Shown here one piece after another: positions 19,504-29,484 of a DNA stretch of 64,000 nt. The position numbers and the translations under genes were made by a program. The stretch is from a virus: IMG/VR virus record IMGVR_UViG_3300047562_004403, positions 1 through 64,000 of that record; one strand, 5' to 3'. Under the pieces are notes generated by a model, which did no database searches, had not been told where the DNA came from, and saw only the letters and a list, made by a program, of their open reading frames with translations. Numbering within the stretch: position 1 is the stretch's first letter; every line of letters begins with the position of its first letter.

Positions 19504-22500
19504 GTCCAAGCAGGATTACTTGGAGTAAGTACATTTAAATCACTACCTTGCTGATGAATAAATAAGAAATATTTATCAGTTACGTCTCTATTATTAGAAT
19601 GTTTAGAAGCGTCTTTATAAAGATTAGAATTAACTGCTAAATCTGCGTGCGTTGAACTAGAGGAAGGAAGTTCTACTCTTAGTTCTAGGGGCAATTTATG
19701 TGTATATTCTGTTCCTGAAAAAGTAACTTTATCTGCAGCATTGGGTATTTTTATCAGTTCGGGTCTTTGGCTCGAAGTAAAATCAAAGACTAACTTATCT
19801 GTGATATAAACATACCGGCCTCCTAAATTTTGTCCTCCATTTATTCTTCCTCCCCACCACATATCGTATTCTCCGGTACTGGACGCGTAAAGATCGGTAT
19901 CAGATTTAGCAATAGGACTTAATAATAAATTTTGAACGGAATATGGAGGATAGCATAGGCCACCAAGACCCGGATTAGTGGGATCAGAAGAACCATTATC
20001 GTATCCGAAGGGAGTTACAATCTCCGCTGGCGGAGCAGGAAGTTCTGTATCGCTACTAAACGGAGTTAATGTTGTAGGAGAATCACCTTCTTTTACAAAT
20101 AGAACTTCTCCGAAGCTTAAACCGGCTCCGTTATCTACTCTGAGGTATTGATATGACCCGTTAAAAACATATTTAATCTGAGAGGGATTAGTAAATGCTG
20201 CGGAGAGCGATATTCCAGCCCCCGAGGAATCCACCACTCTTGTGGGTAATGTTGCTCCTAGTTGGAAAAAATTATAATAAATTTCTGCAGTAAAAGTTCC
20301 CGTTGATTTTGCTGGGGCAAATGTGACTACACTATTTGTATGATTAAAATTTGTAACTAAATACGTAGTATTATCTCCAGTAAACTTAATTTCTGTTCCA
20401 TCGTATTGATCTGCATCTTCTCCAAATTTTTCAAAAGTTCCTGACGGTGCGGTAAAGGTAGTTGCGGTTGTTAATGTAATTGATACAGAAGACACTGAAG
20501 GCCTTAAAACTCCTATTAAACCGTAAAAACTAAAATCTTGACTCGAAGAATTTTTAAAAGAATGTATAAAAGCTTCTTTATTGGTATGATTTCTTGACGT
20601 AGCACCCATTGCTAATTTAGCAATAATCCCAGTTTCATCTTTAGCGCCACTAATAGTAAAATATAAACGTGCTAAGCCATCTACTTCAAAGTATGAAATT
20701 CCTGACGTAGAGGAGTGAGTCGATGGAAGAACCTGAGTTGTTATTTGAGAGATATTTTGACGTGATGGATTGGAAAACGTGGTGGTATTATCTACCATGT
20801 GAAGATTTTTTCCATATGTGGGTGTTGCAGTCGTCTCTATTGCGCCCATATCATTACTAGGGTACGCATCAATAATAACCGAACCACCACGCCCTGCTTG
20901 ATTTTTAATTACTTCGATAAAAGTATAGTTTTCCCCATCATTTCTTACTTCTCCGGGCTGTAAATTTTTCCCCGCGTAAGGCGGTGTAGTGCCGATTTCC
21001 CCTTCCGTACCTTTTTTCTGACGTCCCACCATTAATAGGGTGGGGTGGTTATAATCGTAGTCTCTTCCCCCCGCGTTTTCGGTTAAAGAATTAACTATAA
21101 ATCCGTCATACCTTGAAGGTCCATATGTAAGAGTGATTGGTAATTCAGCATATTTTGCTTGGTAATATGAAAGATTTTCCTCAAATGGGACTTTTTTAGG
21201 ATCCGGGTTAGCGTAATTTGGACCGGTGGAGAAAAGATCCGCAATTGTCTCATATTTTTCATTAGGAGATGGATTAAAAATATATCCTTGCCACAATTCT
21301 TCTCTAGATCTACTAGAGTTACCTGGAAATACATTAAAAACTCTATTCGAAGCTATAATCCAAACTTTATGTCCATTTGCTGGAGTAGAACCAGGAAGCG
21401 AAAATGTAGCTCTAATTGTTCCAGCATCATCCTGTGTATCTGCTGTAATTAAACTGTCAGGGACTAAATAGTCATCAATTGTGCTTGGCTTTGTAACAGT
21501 TGACGAAGGAAATGTATACCCTAAAATTTCAAAAGGGTTATTAAAATTAGCAAAATTAGCTTCATTGCTATCACTACCCCCCGAAGAAGTATCTACTGTC
21601 CATGAGGTAGTGGCAGAATCATAAACCAAACGAAGTTGGGCCGAATAGTCATTCCATTTTGCCAAATCAGTAGGCGCTAAATCAGTAGTTAATAGATCAA
21701 GGGCAAATGAAGCCGGGCCTGGTGGTTGCCTTGTAAGTGTATTGGAGTCGGTTGAGTCTGGTTGACCATACCAAAATCTAATGACTACTGGAACATATTC
21801 ATTGTCAAAAGTTCCTATATCTTCCCCTTCTTCATCTTCGTAAGTCGATCCTAAATCCCAGGCTCCTCCGTCACTGGTTGTTCTCTGAGAAGGAAGGGTT
21901 CCGGATCCAGTCCCTGTAGGAGTTGTTGGGCCTCCCTGAACGTAATACACATTATATCCGATATTTGAATTAGGGGCTGGTTGTTCTTTAGAGAGTTGTT
22001 CGTAATAGTTTGAGGGATTAGAAGTATCTAAAGCAGTTTTCCATCCTCCGGCTACAGGTGTTCCATTTGAATCTTCTCCTGCTTTTTCATAATAATCTAT
22101 TCTTAAATGCCCATTAACTTGAGCCGCAAATCTTTGCAAAGTTAACCCTGAACCAGTGAAACCCTTCTTAAACCACGTGTCAATTCTAATTCCCCAATTA
22201 TCGCGTGCTTCTATACCGCTAAGAGGCGAATTTTCAAATTGTATATTTCCGTCTTTTACAATTGGTAGTTTAGGATCTTCATTAGTTGTAGTTACGTTTC
22301 CGTACTCGTCTCTGTCTCTAAAATCAAAATTATATTCACCATTCCACCACCACTCTGTTTCTTTTATGGGTATAAAAGAAGAACCTAAAACATACCCCAC
22401 TCTATGAGTACGAGAAATTTCTTCTTCGCTTACAGGAATAAAATCCGGAGCGTTTTCTATCGTAGAATCAATTGCTTCTGTGTAAAATGGTGGGGGGTTT

Positions 22501-22982
22501 TTATGGGTATATTTTTTATTATTACTATCTAATTCGTCAATCGGAACAACATATTTAAATAATACACCACCTTGGCCTTGGTACACCGTACCTCGTCCCG
22601 CAAAACCTTCAAACTGTTTAATTCTATCCTGAATTCTTTGTCTAGGGTTTACTAGAGGAACCTGTAAACTACCGTCTTCTGAGTTGATAGAAACGTTCTG
22701 CAACGTTTGAAAATCTTCATTTTTTAAATCGTATCTGACAATTCCGTCAATAATTTGTAAGTCTGTAGCTGTAAATAAACCCAAGACTTTAGCTTCAGCC
22801 GGATCTTGTAAATCTGTAAGAACCTCTGTTAGTGCTTTATCCGAAGCTGTTAAATCGGATAAAGCTTTATCTCTAGAGAGACCATAGTATTTAACCTCGG
22901 TCTCTATAGTATTTTCTTGGGAGAAGAGGGATGGTTGAGTAGTAGAAACCCTTAATCTTCCGCTGCTTCTAATCTTGGGCAT
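19500..22982 (-). CDS. large virion/tail protein with a possible PA14-like carbohydrate-binding region
   Basis: 1160 aa, Thr/Ser/Gly-rich; DNWGIRIDTWF...YVPVVIRFWYG resembles PA14. Confidence 0.55.
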   Translation of the reverse strand: MPKIRSSGRLRVSTTQPSLFSQENTIETEVKYYGLSRDKALSDLTASDKALTEVLTDLQDPAEAKVLGLFTATDLQIIDGIVRYDLKNEDFQTLQNVSINSEDGSLQVPLVNPRQRIQDRIKQFEGFAGRGTVYQGQGGVLFKYVVPIDELDSNNKKYTHKNPPPFYTEAIDSTIENAPDFIPVSEEEISRTHRVGYVLGSSFIPIKETEWWWNGEYNFDFRDRDEYGNVTTTNEDPKLPIVKDGNIQFENSPLSGIEARDNWGIRIDTWFKKGFTGSGLTLQRFAAQVNGHLRIDYYEKAGEDSNGTPVAGGWKTALDTSNPSNYYEQLSKEQPAPNSNIGYNVYYVQGGPTTPTGTGSGTLPSQRTTSDGGAWDLGSTYEDEEGEDIGTFDNEYVPVVIRFWYGQPDSTDSNTLTRQPPGPASFALDLLTTDLAPTDLAKWNDYSAQLRLVYDSATTSWTVDTSSGGSDSNEANFANFNNPFEILGYTFPSSTVTKPSTIDDYLVPDSLITADTQDDAGTIRATFSLPGSTPANGHKVWIIASNRVFNVFPGNSSRSREELWQGYIFNPSPNEKYETIADLFSTGPNYANPDPKKVPFEENLSYYQAKYAELPITLTYGPSRYDGFIVNSLTENAGGRDYDYNHPTLLMVGRQKKGTEGEIGTTPPYAGKNLQPGEVRNDGENYTFIEVIKNQAGRGGSVIIDAYPSNDMGAIETTATPTYGKNLHMVDNTTTFSNPSRQNISQITTQVLPSTHSSTSGISYFEVDGLARLYFTISGAKDETGIIAKLAMGATSRNHTNKEAFIHSFKNSSSQDFSFYGLIGVLRPSVSSVSITLTTATTFTAPSGTFEKFGEDADQYDGTEIKFTGDNTTYLVTNFNHTNSVVTFAPAKSTGTFTAEIYYNFFQLGATLPTRVVDSSGAGISLSAAFTNPSQIKYVFNGSYQYLRVDNGAGLSFGEVLFVKEGDSPTTLTPFSSDTELPAPPAEIVTPFGYDNGSSDPTNPGLGGLCYPPYSVQNLLLSPIAKSDTDLYASSTGEYDMWWGGRINGGQNLGGRYVYITDKLVFDFTSSQRPELIKIPNAADKVTFSGTEYTHKLPLELRVELPSSSSTHADLAVNSNLYKDASKHSNNRDVTDKYFLFIHQQGSDLNVLTPSNPAWT

Positions 22983-23005
22983 TTTAAGACACTATGTATA
23001 TATAA

Positions 23006-23013
23006 CCTTAAAC
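23006..23013 (-). promoter_or_regulatory. putative late promoter variant GTTTAAGG
   Basis: Located 23 nt upstream of ATG 22982. Confidence 0.4.
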
Positions 23014-23022
23014 CTCCTTTAA

Positions 23023-23766
23023 CTACTTAGAGGAGGAATATAGGTCTGCATATGCTCTAATTACAGATTGAACAAATTCGGAACGTTCAATGTCTCCAAA
23101 TCCAAACTCAACATAACCCACATCAGGTAGATAGCGAAGGCGCTTAAGTGCATCAGATAATCCGTCATTTCCGAATCGATTAGCCAAGTCTCGTTGAACA
23201 ATATCTCCAAGAATAGCGACATTAGACCCGTCTCCAAGACGGGTTAGAATAGTCATTACACTGTGCGTCGTGGCATTTTGCATCTCATCAGCGACAATCA
23301 TGCAACGGTGCAATGACCTCCCTCTGAGGTGCTCAATCGGGAGGAACTCAATGTGCTTTTTGGCAAGGAGGTATTCGGCTTTGCCTTTAGGCATAAATAC
23401 CTCTAACGAATCACGAACTGGGGCAAGATGTGGAGCAATTTTTTCATCGAGGTTTCCGGGCAAAAATCCAAAACCCTGCTCTCCGGGTATATTGACAACG
23501 GGTTTTACATAATAAATCTTATCAATTTCACGTTTATAGAGTTTCTCATGGGCCACATACATGGCTAATAAAGTTTTTGCTGTTCCTGGAGGTCCGGAGA
23601 GAAGCGTAAGAGTTCTAGTTCTTAGGTATCTCATCGCATCCACCTGGTTAGGATTTCGAGGCATCAGGGGCTTATGTTCGTTAAATTTTGACTGGATAAT
23701 TTCCTGATCGTTTAGAGTATCAACTTTTAAAGACAAATGTTGCTTGCGTAAAGATTTTCTAGCCAT
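23023..23766 (-). CDS. phoH: PhoH-family ATPase
   Basis: GPPGTAKT, GFLPGNLDEK, LRGRSL, DEMQN, TRLG, GDIVQRD, DIERS. Confidence 0.92.
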   Translation of the reverse strand: MARKSLRKQHLSLKVDTLNDQEIIQSKFNEHKPLMPRNPNQVDAMRYLRTRTLTLLSGPPGTAKTLLAMYVAHEKLYKREIDKIYYVKPVVNIPGEQGFGFLPGNLDEKIAPHLAPVRDSLEVFMPKGKAEYLLAKKHIEFLPIEHLRGRSLHRCMIVADEMQNATTHSVMTILTRLGDGSNVAILGDIVQRDLANRFGNDGLSDALKRLRYLPDVGYVEFGFGDIERSEFVQSVIRAYADLYSSSK

Positions 23767-23799
23767 GAGACTTACTATACTACGTTAACAAATAGATGC

Positions 23800-23834
23800 A
23801 AAAAAAGACCCAAAAGTAATAACTTCGGGGTCTC
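23800..23834 (-). terminator. putative intrinsic terminator
   Basis: Minus strand GACCCCGAAGT-tatt-ACTTTTGGGTC followed by a T run. Confidence 0.55.
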
Positions 23835-23893
23835 TGGGTCACTTGATTTATGCTTATGGGACATGTAGAAGTGTTTTCACATCCTAACAATCC

Positions 23894-24235
23894 TTAAACC
23901 ACTCTAATTTTAAGTGTACTTCCAGTACGATACATTCCGCCCACCGGTACTGCCGGAGTAGCCGCGGAAGCAGCGGCATCATCATCAAACTCACGGAGAC
24001 CAGTAAAATCAATTAGGGAAAAAGGAACAAGATCTCTGCCACCAAGTTTTCTAACAGTGCCCGTGCCATCGACATAATACGCGTGGTCTAATGCCTCGTT
24101 GAGAAATAATTCTCCTCTATAGGCAAAATTTTCATCCTCGTCATGCTCTGTTTGTAAATAAGACAGATTATGTGTAGGATCATCGGTAAATCTTATTCCC
24201 CAACGATGAAAAGGAGGTTCTGGAGTAGCGGGCAT
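23894..24235 (-). CDS. small tail-fibre-associated protein
   Basis: C-terminal FDDDAAASAA...VPVGGMYRTGSTLKIRV motif of a type seen at phage fibre ends. Confidence 0.55.
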   Translation of the reverse strand: MPATPEPPFHRWGIRFTDDPTHNLSYLQTEHDEDENFAYRGELFLNEALDHAYYVDGTGTVRKLGGRDLVPFSLIDFTGLREFDDDAAASAATPAVPVGGMYRTGSTLKIRVV

Positions 24236-24264
24236 AGTCCTGCTCTAATATGTTTATATCTGTA

Positions 24265-24272
24265 CTTTAAAC
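24265..24272 (-). promoter_or_regulatory. putative phage late promoter GTTTAAAG
   Basis: Exact motif on the minus strand, 29 nt upstream of ATG 24235. Confidence 0.55.
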
Positions 24273-24381
24273 TTTGATAAGTTAGTACGTTAGTAAAAGT
24301 AAAAGTAAAAAACTACTATGCACTAAACTACGGGGCGTATATATACGTATGTATATTGCTATTTTATAATAGCAAAAAATT

Positions 24382-24390
24382 TGATATAAT
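24382..24390 (+). promoter_or_regulatory. sigma70-type extended -10 promoter (TGaTATAAT)
   Basis: Immediately upstream of the kinase ORF. Confidence 0.5.
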
Positions 24391-24399
24391 ATTGTCATT

Positions 24400-24987
24400 A
24401 TGATTTCTCTTCCAGTGTCAAAACCAACCACAGTTGTTCTTTTAGGAGCAGATCGAGTCGGTAAATCTACCATTATTGAAAATACAGCCGAACGATTTAA
24501 ACGTAAAGATATTGATTTTTTGTCATTGCATTTTGATGGTCCTAAACCCTATCACTCTTCTCCTATAGAACAATATACCATCCCGTTTGATTTGGCAATT
24601 GATTCAATGCCAGAATTTATCCTATGCGATAGGGGATTTTCAGAGGTATGTTTTTATGACGAATTTAGGAGACATATTTCTATTTCGCATGAATGGGCCC
24701 AAGTAGCCGAATCATATTTCCTTGAGAAGAGCCGAAATGTAAAAGTTTTTCTATTGGAGAGGGACTGGGATTGGGCCCAACCTCATCACTTTGAGGAGGT
24801 AAAAAAAGAAGAGCCTAACGCCACTGCTTGGTGGATTAAAAATCGGATGAAAGCCAGAGAGGCAGAGCACTATGCCTATTACGATTATATGCATAATTAT
24901 CTCAATAACCATTCTCTTCTTCCACACACGGTTCTCAGAGATGTTGAATATGATTTCAGTCTGTTTGATTTGATTACCGATGTTTAA
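24400..24987 (+). CDS. deoxynucleoside monophosphate kinase (thymidylate-kinase-like P-loop)
   Basis: VVLLGADRVGKST P-loop and ILCDRGFSEVCFY (TMK-type DR motif). Confidence 0.7.
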   Translation: MISLPVSKPTTVVLLGADRVGKSTIIENTAERFKRKDIDFLSLHFDGPKPYHSSPIEQYTIPFDLAIDSMPEFILCDRGFSEVCFYDEFRRHISISHEWAQVAESYFLEKSRNVKVFLLERDWDWAQPHHFEEVKKEEPNATAWWIKNRMKAREAEHYAYYDYMHNYLNNHSLLPHTVLRDVEYDFSLFDLITDV

Positions 24988-24989
24988 AG
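24982..24989 (+). promoter_or_regulatory. putative phage late promoter GTTTAAAG
   Basis: Overlaps the kinase stop, upstream of ORF 25038. Confidence 0.5.
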
Positions 24990-25037
24990 ATATATTGATT
25001 ACACCCTGTTTAGGGTATTTAGAAGTATTACTTCATC

Positions 25038-25766
25038 ATGGCTACCATTCTTAACCAAGGTCTTTACCGTACTCTTGGAATTCAGTTTGAATATAAAATT
25101 AAACTTCAGGAGTTCTTAAGTGAAGCTCATACAGACGCTCTTGTTTCTTCATATAGTAGTGGGTCAAATACACCGGCTAATCGTATTGCTCTTTATAACT
25201 CATTTGTTAAAGCCGGTCCGACCATGGGATTTGAGGCAAAAAAAGCTGCCTACGGTCTCCTCGAGTATGTTTGCCAAGCATTAGTAGCAAATGCTGATGT
25301 CCCTGCTGCCGATAAAACAGCCATTAACGATTTGCTTGTTAACGTAACTCGTTATGTCGGCATGGAAGGCGAGGAAGATTTTCACTTCATGGTTGCAACG
25401 TTCGATCTTGCTGAAGTCATCTCCGGGATCGTAGGTGAGGTTGTTCCGGCTCCTCAGGCTCCTGTGGGTGCCATTGATACCCTAACCATTGCTGATGGAG
25501 GTAGTGGTTATACTACTGACGGAGCGACTGACACCGGCGCCGTAGCAATCTTGATCGAATCCACAGAAACTAACAATCCGGCTGGATATACTGCTGCTGA
25601 AGGAACTGCAACTCTTACGGGTGGCGAAGTTACTGGCATTTCTGTTTCTGATGGTGGAGTTGGCTTCAAGGTTGGTCAAATTGTTACTATTACAGTTGAC
25701 AATGTTACTTCGCCCGGCGCTACTCAAGAAACTGAGGCTCTTGCCGAAATCACTGCTGTTTCCTAA
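25038..25766 (+). CDS. putative virion structural protein
   Basis: C-terminal TIADGGSGY / SVSDGGVGFKVG repeats typical of phage structural proteins. Confidence 0.6.
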   Translation: MATILNQGLYRTLGIQFEYKIKLQEFLSEAHTDALVSSYSSGSNTPANRIALYNSFVKAGPTMGFEAKKAAYGLLEYVCQALVANADVPAADKTAINDLLVNVTRYVGMEGEEDFHFMVATFDLAEVISGIVGEVVPAPQAPVGAIDTLTIADGGSGYTTDGATDTGAVAILIESTETNNPAGYTAAEGTATLTGGEVTGISVSDGGVGFKVGQIVTITVDNVTSPGATQETEALAEITAVS

Positions 25767-25783
25767 TAAACCCATAATAAGAT

Positions 25784-28700
25784 GTGTCGAGTCTGTATCG
25801 TTGTAGAGCACGCGTAGGTTATCGTCCGTTTACAACGGATCAAATAATTCTTTTTGACGAAAAACAGATTCAGGAATTAAGTGTTAAACTTAAATGGCAA
25901 CCTAATCTTGCATTTTCAAATGCCGATGCATCAACCCCGGCGTCAGTCGCAACTAACGCCCTATCTCAGTCAACTTGCTCAGTAACAGTATCCGATCCGT
26001 ATCTAACGGGATTGGCGTGGCCAGCCTTGTTTGATGCGGCATCGTTATATACGCAATCCAACGTAGCCGCTGCTAATGGGATTTTATTGCCCCCGTGTAC
26101 CGATGAGCAGGATCCGAATGTAGATAAATGTTATAAATATGTAGATTTAGATACAAATTCTGATTCAAGTTTGCTTGATAATTCGGCCTATCTTCTAATA
26201 TCTCTATGGTATGATGTTAAGGGAACGTCATTCGGTACTGATTTCTATTTCAGAGTAAATGGATTTTCTATATCTCACGGAACAAAGTATCCTAGCGTAA
26301 CTATCCGAGGCGTAGAATCCAGATCTATTATTTTCAATCAATCTCTTGTTAATCTAACATTAGATGAAGGCACAGAAATTGAAAAAGTTCTCAAAGATTT
26401 AGCAGAAAAGCAAGGATTTACAACATCATTTTGTGCAAATACAAACTCCGAACCCGATAAAAAAAGAGTACTTCCGCGTAGTGTTAGATACAAAGGAGTG
26501 ACTTTAGACGAAGTAATTAAAAAAGTACTTAATTCTGTTAATGGTCAATCCTTATCCTTACCAATCAAAGAATATGCTAATCGCATATCAATGTGTACGC
26601 GCGGTGAAGTTAACCAAGGTTGTTCTGTATTTTATCTCGGACGAGGCCTTTACGAGGGGTATGAAATATCCGGTCAGCCCGATTTTACTTTAAAGGGGCT
26701 TAATGCCGAAGTTTCCTCTAATAAGCAAAATAAAGACCCATACGTATCTGAACCCTTTAAAGCCGATACTTACTTCATCGGAGATGTTCTTCCTGAAAAA
26801 AGAAAAGAAGCGATGAAAAAAGTTAAAAAGGTAACTTTTCCCAATCTTTTTGAAAAAGTCCCCAAGAATATTAGTAAAACTCCTGCAGCAACCGGATATG
26901 TTTGGAAAGATATATCGCCAATATCCTCGAATAAATCTAAAGGCATCCAAGTTACTAATCAAGAGGCCTCTAAACTCGAAAAAGATGGGCTAAATCTTTT
27001 TGGCATAGCTCCAAATGGCACAACTGCTATCTCGTTTCTTACCGGAGATGTTGTGGAAGCCGATGAAAAAAATGGTCGCGTATTAATCAAAACAAAGTTT
27101 GCTTTGCATATTTGCGAAAAAGAAGGAAGCCAAAAGTGTTTCTATAGGCCTATATTGCAAGAGTCTACAGGTCTATCATCAATAAAGGTAAAAACAAAAG
27201 ACAAAGTAGAAATCTCCCAGGAGATAGGCACGTCAACACAAGAAAAACCTGAATTTACGCGGTTTTTTATCATTGGCCACGGTACCAAGGAAGTAACTCT
27301 GAATCCTAAGATCGTATGGGACTGGGCATTTCCTGAGGCTGAAATTCCTAAAACGGAAGAATCTGCACCAGCTTCTGGTAAACCAGAGTCTCAAGCCCCT
27401 GCACAACAACCATCCGGCGGAAGTCAGGGAACAGTAGTTGGTCGTGTGGGATCGACTGGAAAGTCAACAGGTCCCCATCTTCATGCAGAATTAGGACCTT
27501 TTACCAATGCCAACGGACGAGGACAGCCTATAACTACTGCAGATGTTGATCCATATGTTCTTATTGCAGGAAAACCAGCAAGTATTTGGAAAGTATACTC
27601 CCCATATGGTCCTAGAACCGGTGGATTTCATTATGGTTTAGATATTGCAGGACCAGGGCCCGGAGGAGAAAATATAAATGGCCAGCCGGTCAGTGTTACC
27701 GGAGGAGCAACTATTGTAGAAACGAAGAAAAACTGGATAGGATACGGAAACGCGGTTATTATAAAACGGCCGGATGGTAGAGAAATGATCCTTGCGCACC
27801 TACAGGATGATTCTATACCCCCAAATATATCCGGCACTTCTACTTCCTCTGGTGGAGGTAAAAGTAATTCGACTATTCAGGGTTCACCAACAACCTCTGG
27901 GCTTACAGTCGAAACAAGCTTTAAAGGCGTTCCTAGGTCCCTTCGTATTATCCCCGGCCGCACAATTTTGTCTTTTATCACGGACTATGATGCTTGGGTA
28001 GAAGACAACAGGTCGGTAGACATTGATCCTGGAATTTGGATTCCTAATCGATATAAAAATTGGTTTATTAATGAATGCGAATATAGATGGCGAGAAGGAG
28101 ATATGAGAGTTCAGATTGAAGGCGTAACGGCGTGGGGACCGGTGAGCACAAGAGTGCCAACTTTTACAAATTATTTGGAGTCAATGCGTAAAAGCGGAGA
28201 TATGAAACAATCTAAAGATTACTATGATTATATACGGTCCTTGGGCGGATTGAATTGGAAAACAGAGGATGGCAAAGATTCTACCGAAGTAGGATGTCCA
28301 GAGGCCCAGGAATTAAGTGAGTTTTTAAGTCAAGGAAGCGACTCCACGTCTCCTGCAAATTCTAATACATCATTTCCCCCAGCAAATTGTCAGTATACCG
28401 GAACGAAGTATCCGGCCTCTAGAGTAAACGCAATTATCAACGCCGCAAAGTCAGCCGGAATCAACACGAAAGCAGGATTTGCCGGAGTAGTAGGAAATGC
28501 TCTTGTAGAATCTGGAGTTGCTCTTAGTCCCACTGCGGAGAATCCGAAATCTAAAGCATTTGGAGTTTTTCAGTGGTTGGGTGGTAGAAGACAGGGATTA
28601 GAAAACTACGCTTCTAAAGCTGGTAAATCAGCTTCTAATTTTGGAGTACAAATGGAAAGGTTCGTTCAAGAGTTAAAAGGAGCAGATTTTCAAGGCCCGG

Positions 28701-28846
28701 CTACAGTGCAAGCATTGAATTCTACTAATGATCCTGCAAGAGCAGCAACTGAGTTCAACAGGCTTTTTGAAAGAGCCCCTGGACAAAAAGAAATGGAAAG
28801 GCAAAGATATGCTCAGGAGATATTCTCCCAACTTAATTGTAAATAA
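25784..28846 (+). CDS. baseplate hub / tail-associated lysin: gpD-like hub, M23 peptidase region and C-terminal phage tail lysozyme (Phage_lysozyme2-like)
   Basis: GSTGKSTGPHLH, HYGLDIA, GYGNAV, LAHL; C-terminal AGVVGNALVES...AFGVFQWLGGRR...FERAP. Confidence 0.75.
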   Translation: MSSLYRCRARVGYRPFTTDQIILFDEKQIQELSVKLKWQPNLAFSNADASTPASVATNALSQSTCSVTVSDPYLTGLAWPALFDAASLYTQSNVAAANGILLPPCTDEQDPNVDKCYKYVDLDTNSDSSLLDNSAYLLISLWYDVKGTSFGTDFYFRVNGFSISHGTKYPSVTIRGVESRSIIFNQSLVNLTLDEGTEIEKVLKDLAEKQGFTTSFCANTNSEPDKKRVLPRSVRYKGVTLDEVIKKVLNSVNGQSLSLPIKEYANRISMCTRGEVNQGCSVFYLGRGLYEGYEISGQPDFTLKGLNAEVSSNKQNKDPYVSEPFKADTYFIGDVLPEKRKEAMKKVKKVTFPNLFEKVPKNISKTPAATGYVWKDISPISSNKSKGIQVTNQEASKLEKDGLNLFGIAPNGTTAISFLTGDVVEADEKNGRVLIKTKFALHICEKEGSQKCFYRPILQESTGLSSIKVKTKDKVEISQEIGTSTQEKPEFTRFFIIGHGTKEVTLNPKIVWDWAFPEAEIPKTEESAPASGKPESQAPAQQPSGGSQGTVVGRVGSTGKSTGPHLHAELGPFTNANGRGQPITTADVDPYVLIAGKPASIWKVYSPYGPRTGGFHYGLDIAGPGPGGENINGQPVSVTGGATIVETKKNWIGYGNAVIIKRPDGREMILAHLQDDSIPPNISGTSTSSGGGKSNSTIQGSPTTSGLTVETSFKGVPRSLRIIPGRTILSFITDYDAWVEDNRSVDIDPGIWIPNRYKNWFINECEYRWREGDMRVQIEGVTAWGPVSTRVPTFTNYLESMRKSGDMKQSKDYYDYIRSLGGLNWKTEDGKDSTEVGCPEAQELSEFLSQGSDSTSPANSNTSFPPANCQYTGTKYPASRVNAIINAAKSAGINTKAGFAGVVGNALVESGVALSPTAENPKSKAFGVFQWLGGRRQGLENYASKAGKSASNFGVQMERFVQELKGADFQGPATVQALNSTNDPARAATEFNRLFERAPGQKEMERQRYAQEIFSQLNCK

Positions 28847-28851
28847 CAAAT

Positions 28852-29481
28852 ATGATCTACAAGGCCCTAGCTAGCACCATTATGGGAGCGGTGCTTTCCA
28901 GCTCTAAGAAACAAATCCTGGAAACTGCTAAGTCTCAAGTCCTTCAGGCCCAAATGAAAGGCGTAAGAAAGGCTATGCTCGCGCACGTTGCCGAAAAATA
29001 CACCGAAGAGATGGCATATAACGTCTCGCAATACATCAGAGCTCTTAGCGAAGCAAACGTTGAAATTGAATATAAAGGTGAGCCTGGAAAAGCATTTATA
29101 ATGCGGGCCGAAAATGCCATTGAGGAACTCGAGGGGTATTTAGAAGCGCAAAATCCAGACGGGGCTGTTATTCAATACTTAAAGAAAAGATATAAGGAAG
29201 AGGGAGTAAAGATAATCACCGGGCGTTTATATGGCGCTCATCTAGTCAATCGCAAAACCCAAGGAGTCTATGAAGTTCTTAATAGAATGGGTTATGCCGC
29301 GGCAGTCGATAAGAGAAAACCCTGGTTAACCGGAGCTAAAACCATCGAAGGCCTCGAAAATATGATAGCAGATGCAGCATTAGAAATATTTAATATAATG
29401 TTCGAAGATGTTGATTTAAGTTCGGAGATCGCCGGGTTTAAGTTTACTGGTGAGGGAAGTAAACTTGCTAAGAAAACATAA
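28852..29481 (+). CDS. hypothetical protein, possibly neck or tail completion
   Basis: Co-transcribed after the hub gene; IITGRLYG...GYAAAV is reminiscent of HK97 gp10-like proteins. Confidence 0.45.
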   Translation: MIYKALASTIMGAVLSSSKKQILETAKSQVLQAQMKGVRKAMLAHVAEKYTEEMAYNVSQYIRALSEANVEIEYKGEPGKAFIMRAENAIEELEGYLEAQNPDGAVIQYLKKRYKEEGVKIITGRLYGAHLVNRKTQGVYEVLNRMGYAAAVDKRKPWLTGAKTIEGLENMIADAALEIFNIMFEDVDLSSEIAGFKFTGEGSKLAKKT

Positions 29482-29484
29482 TTA

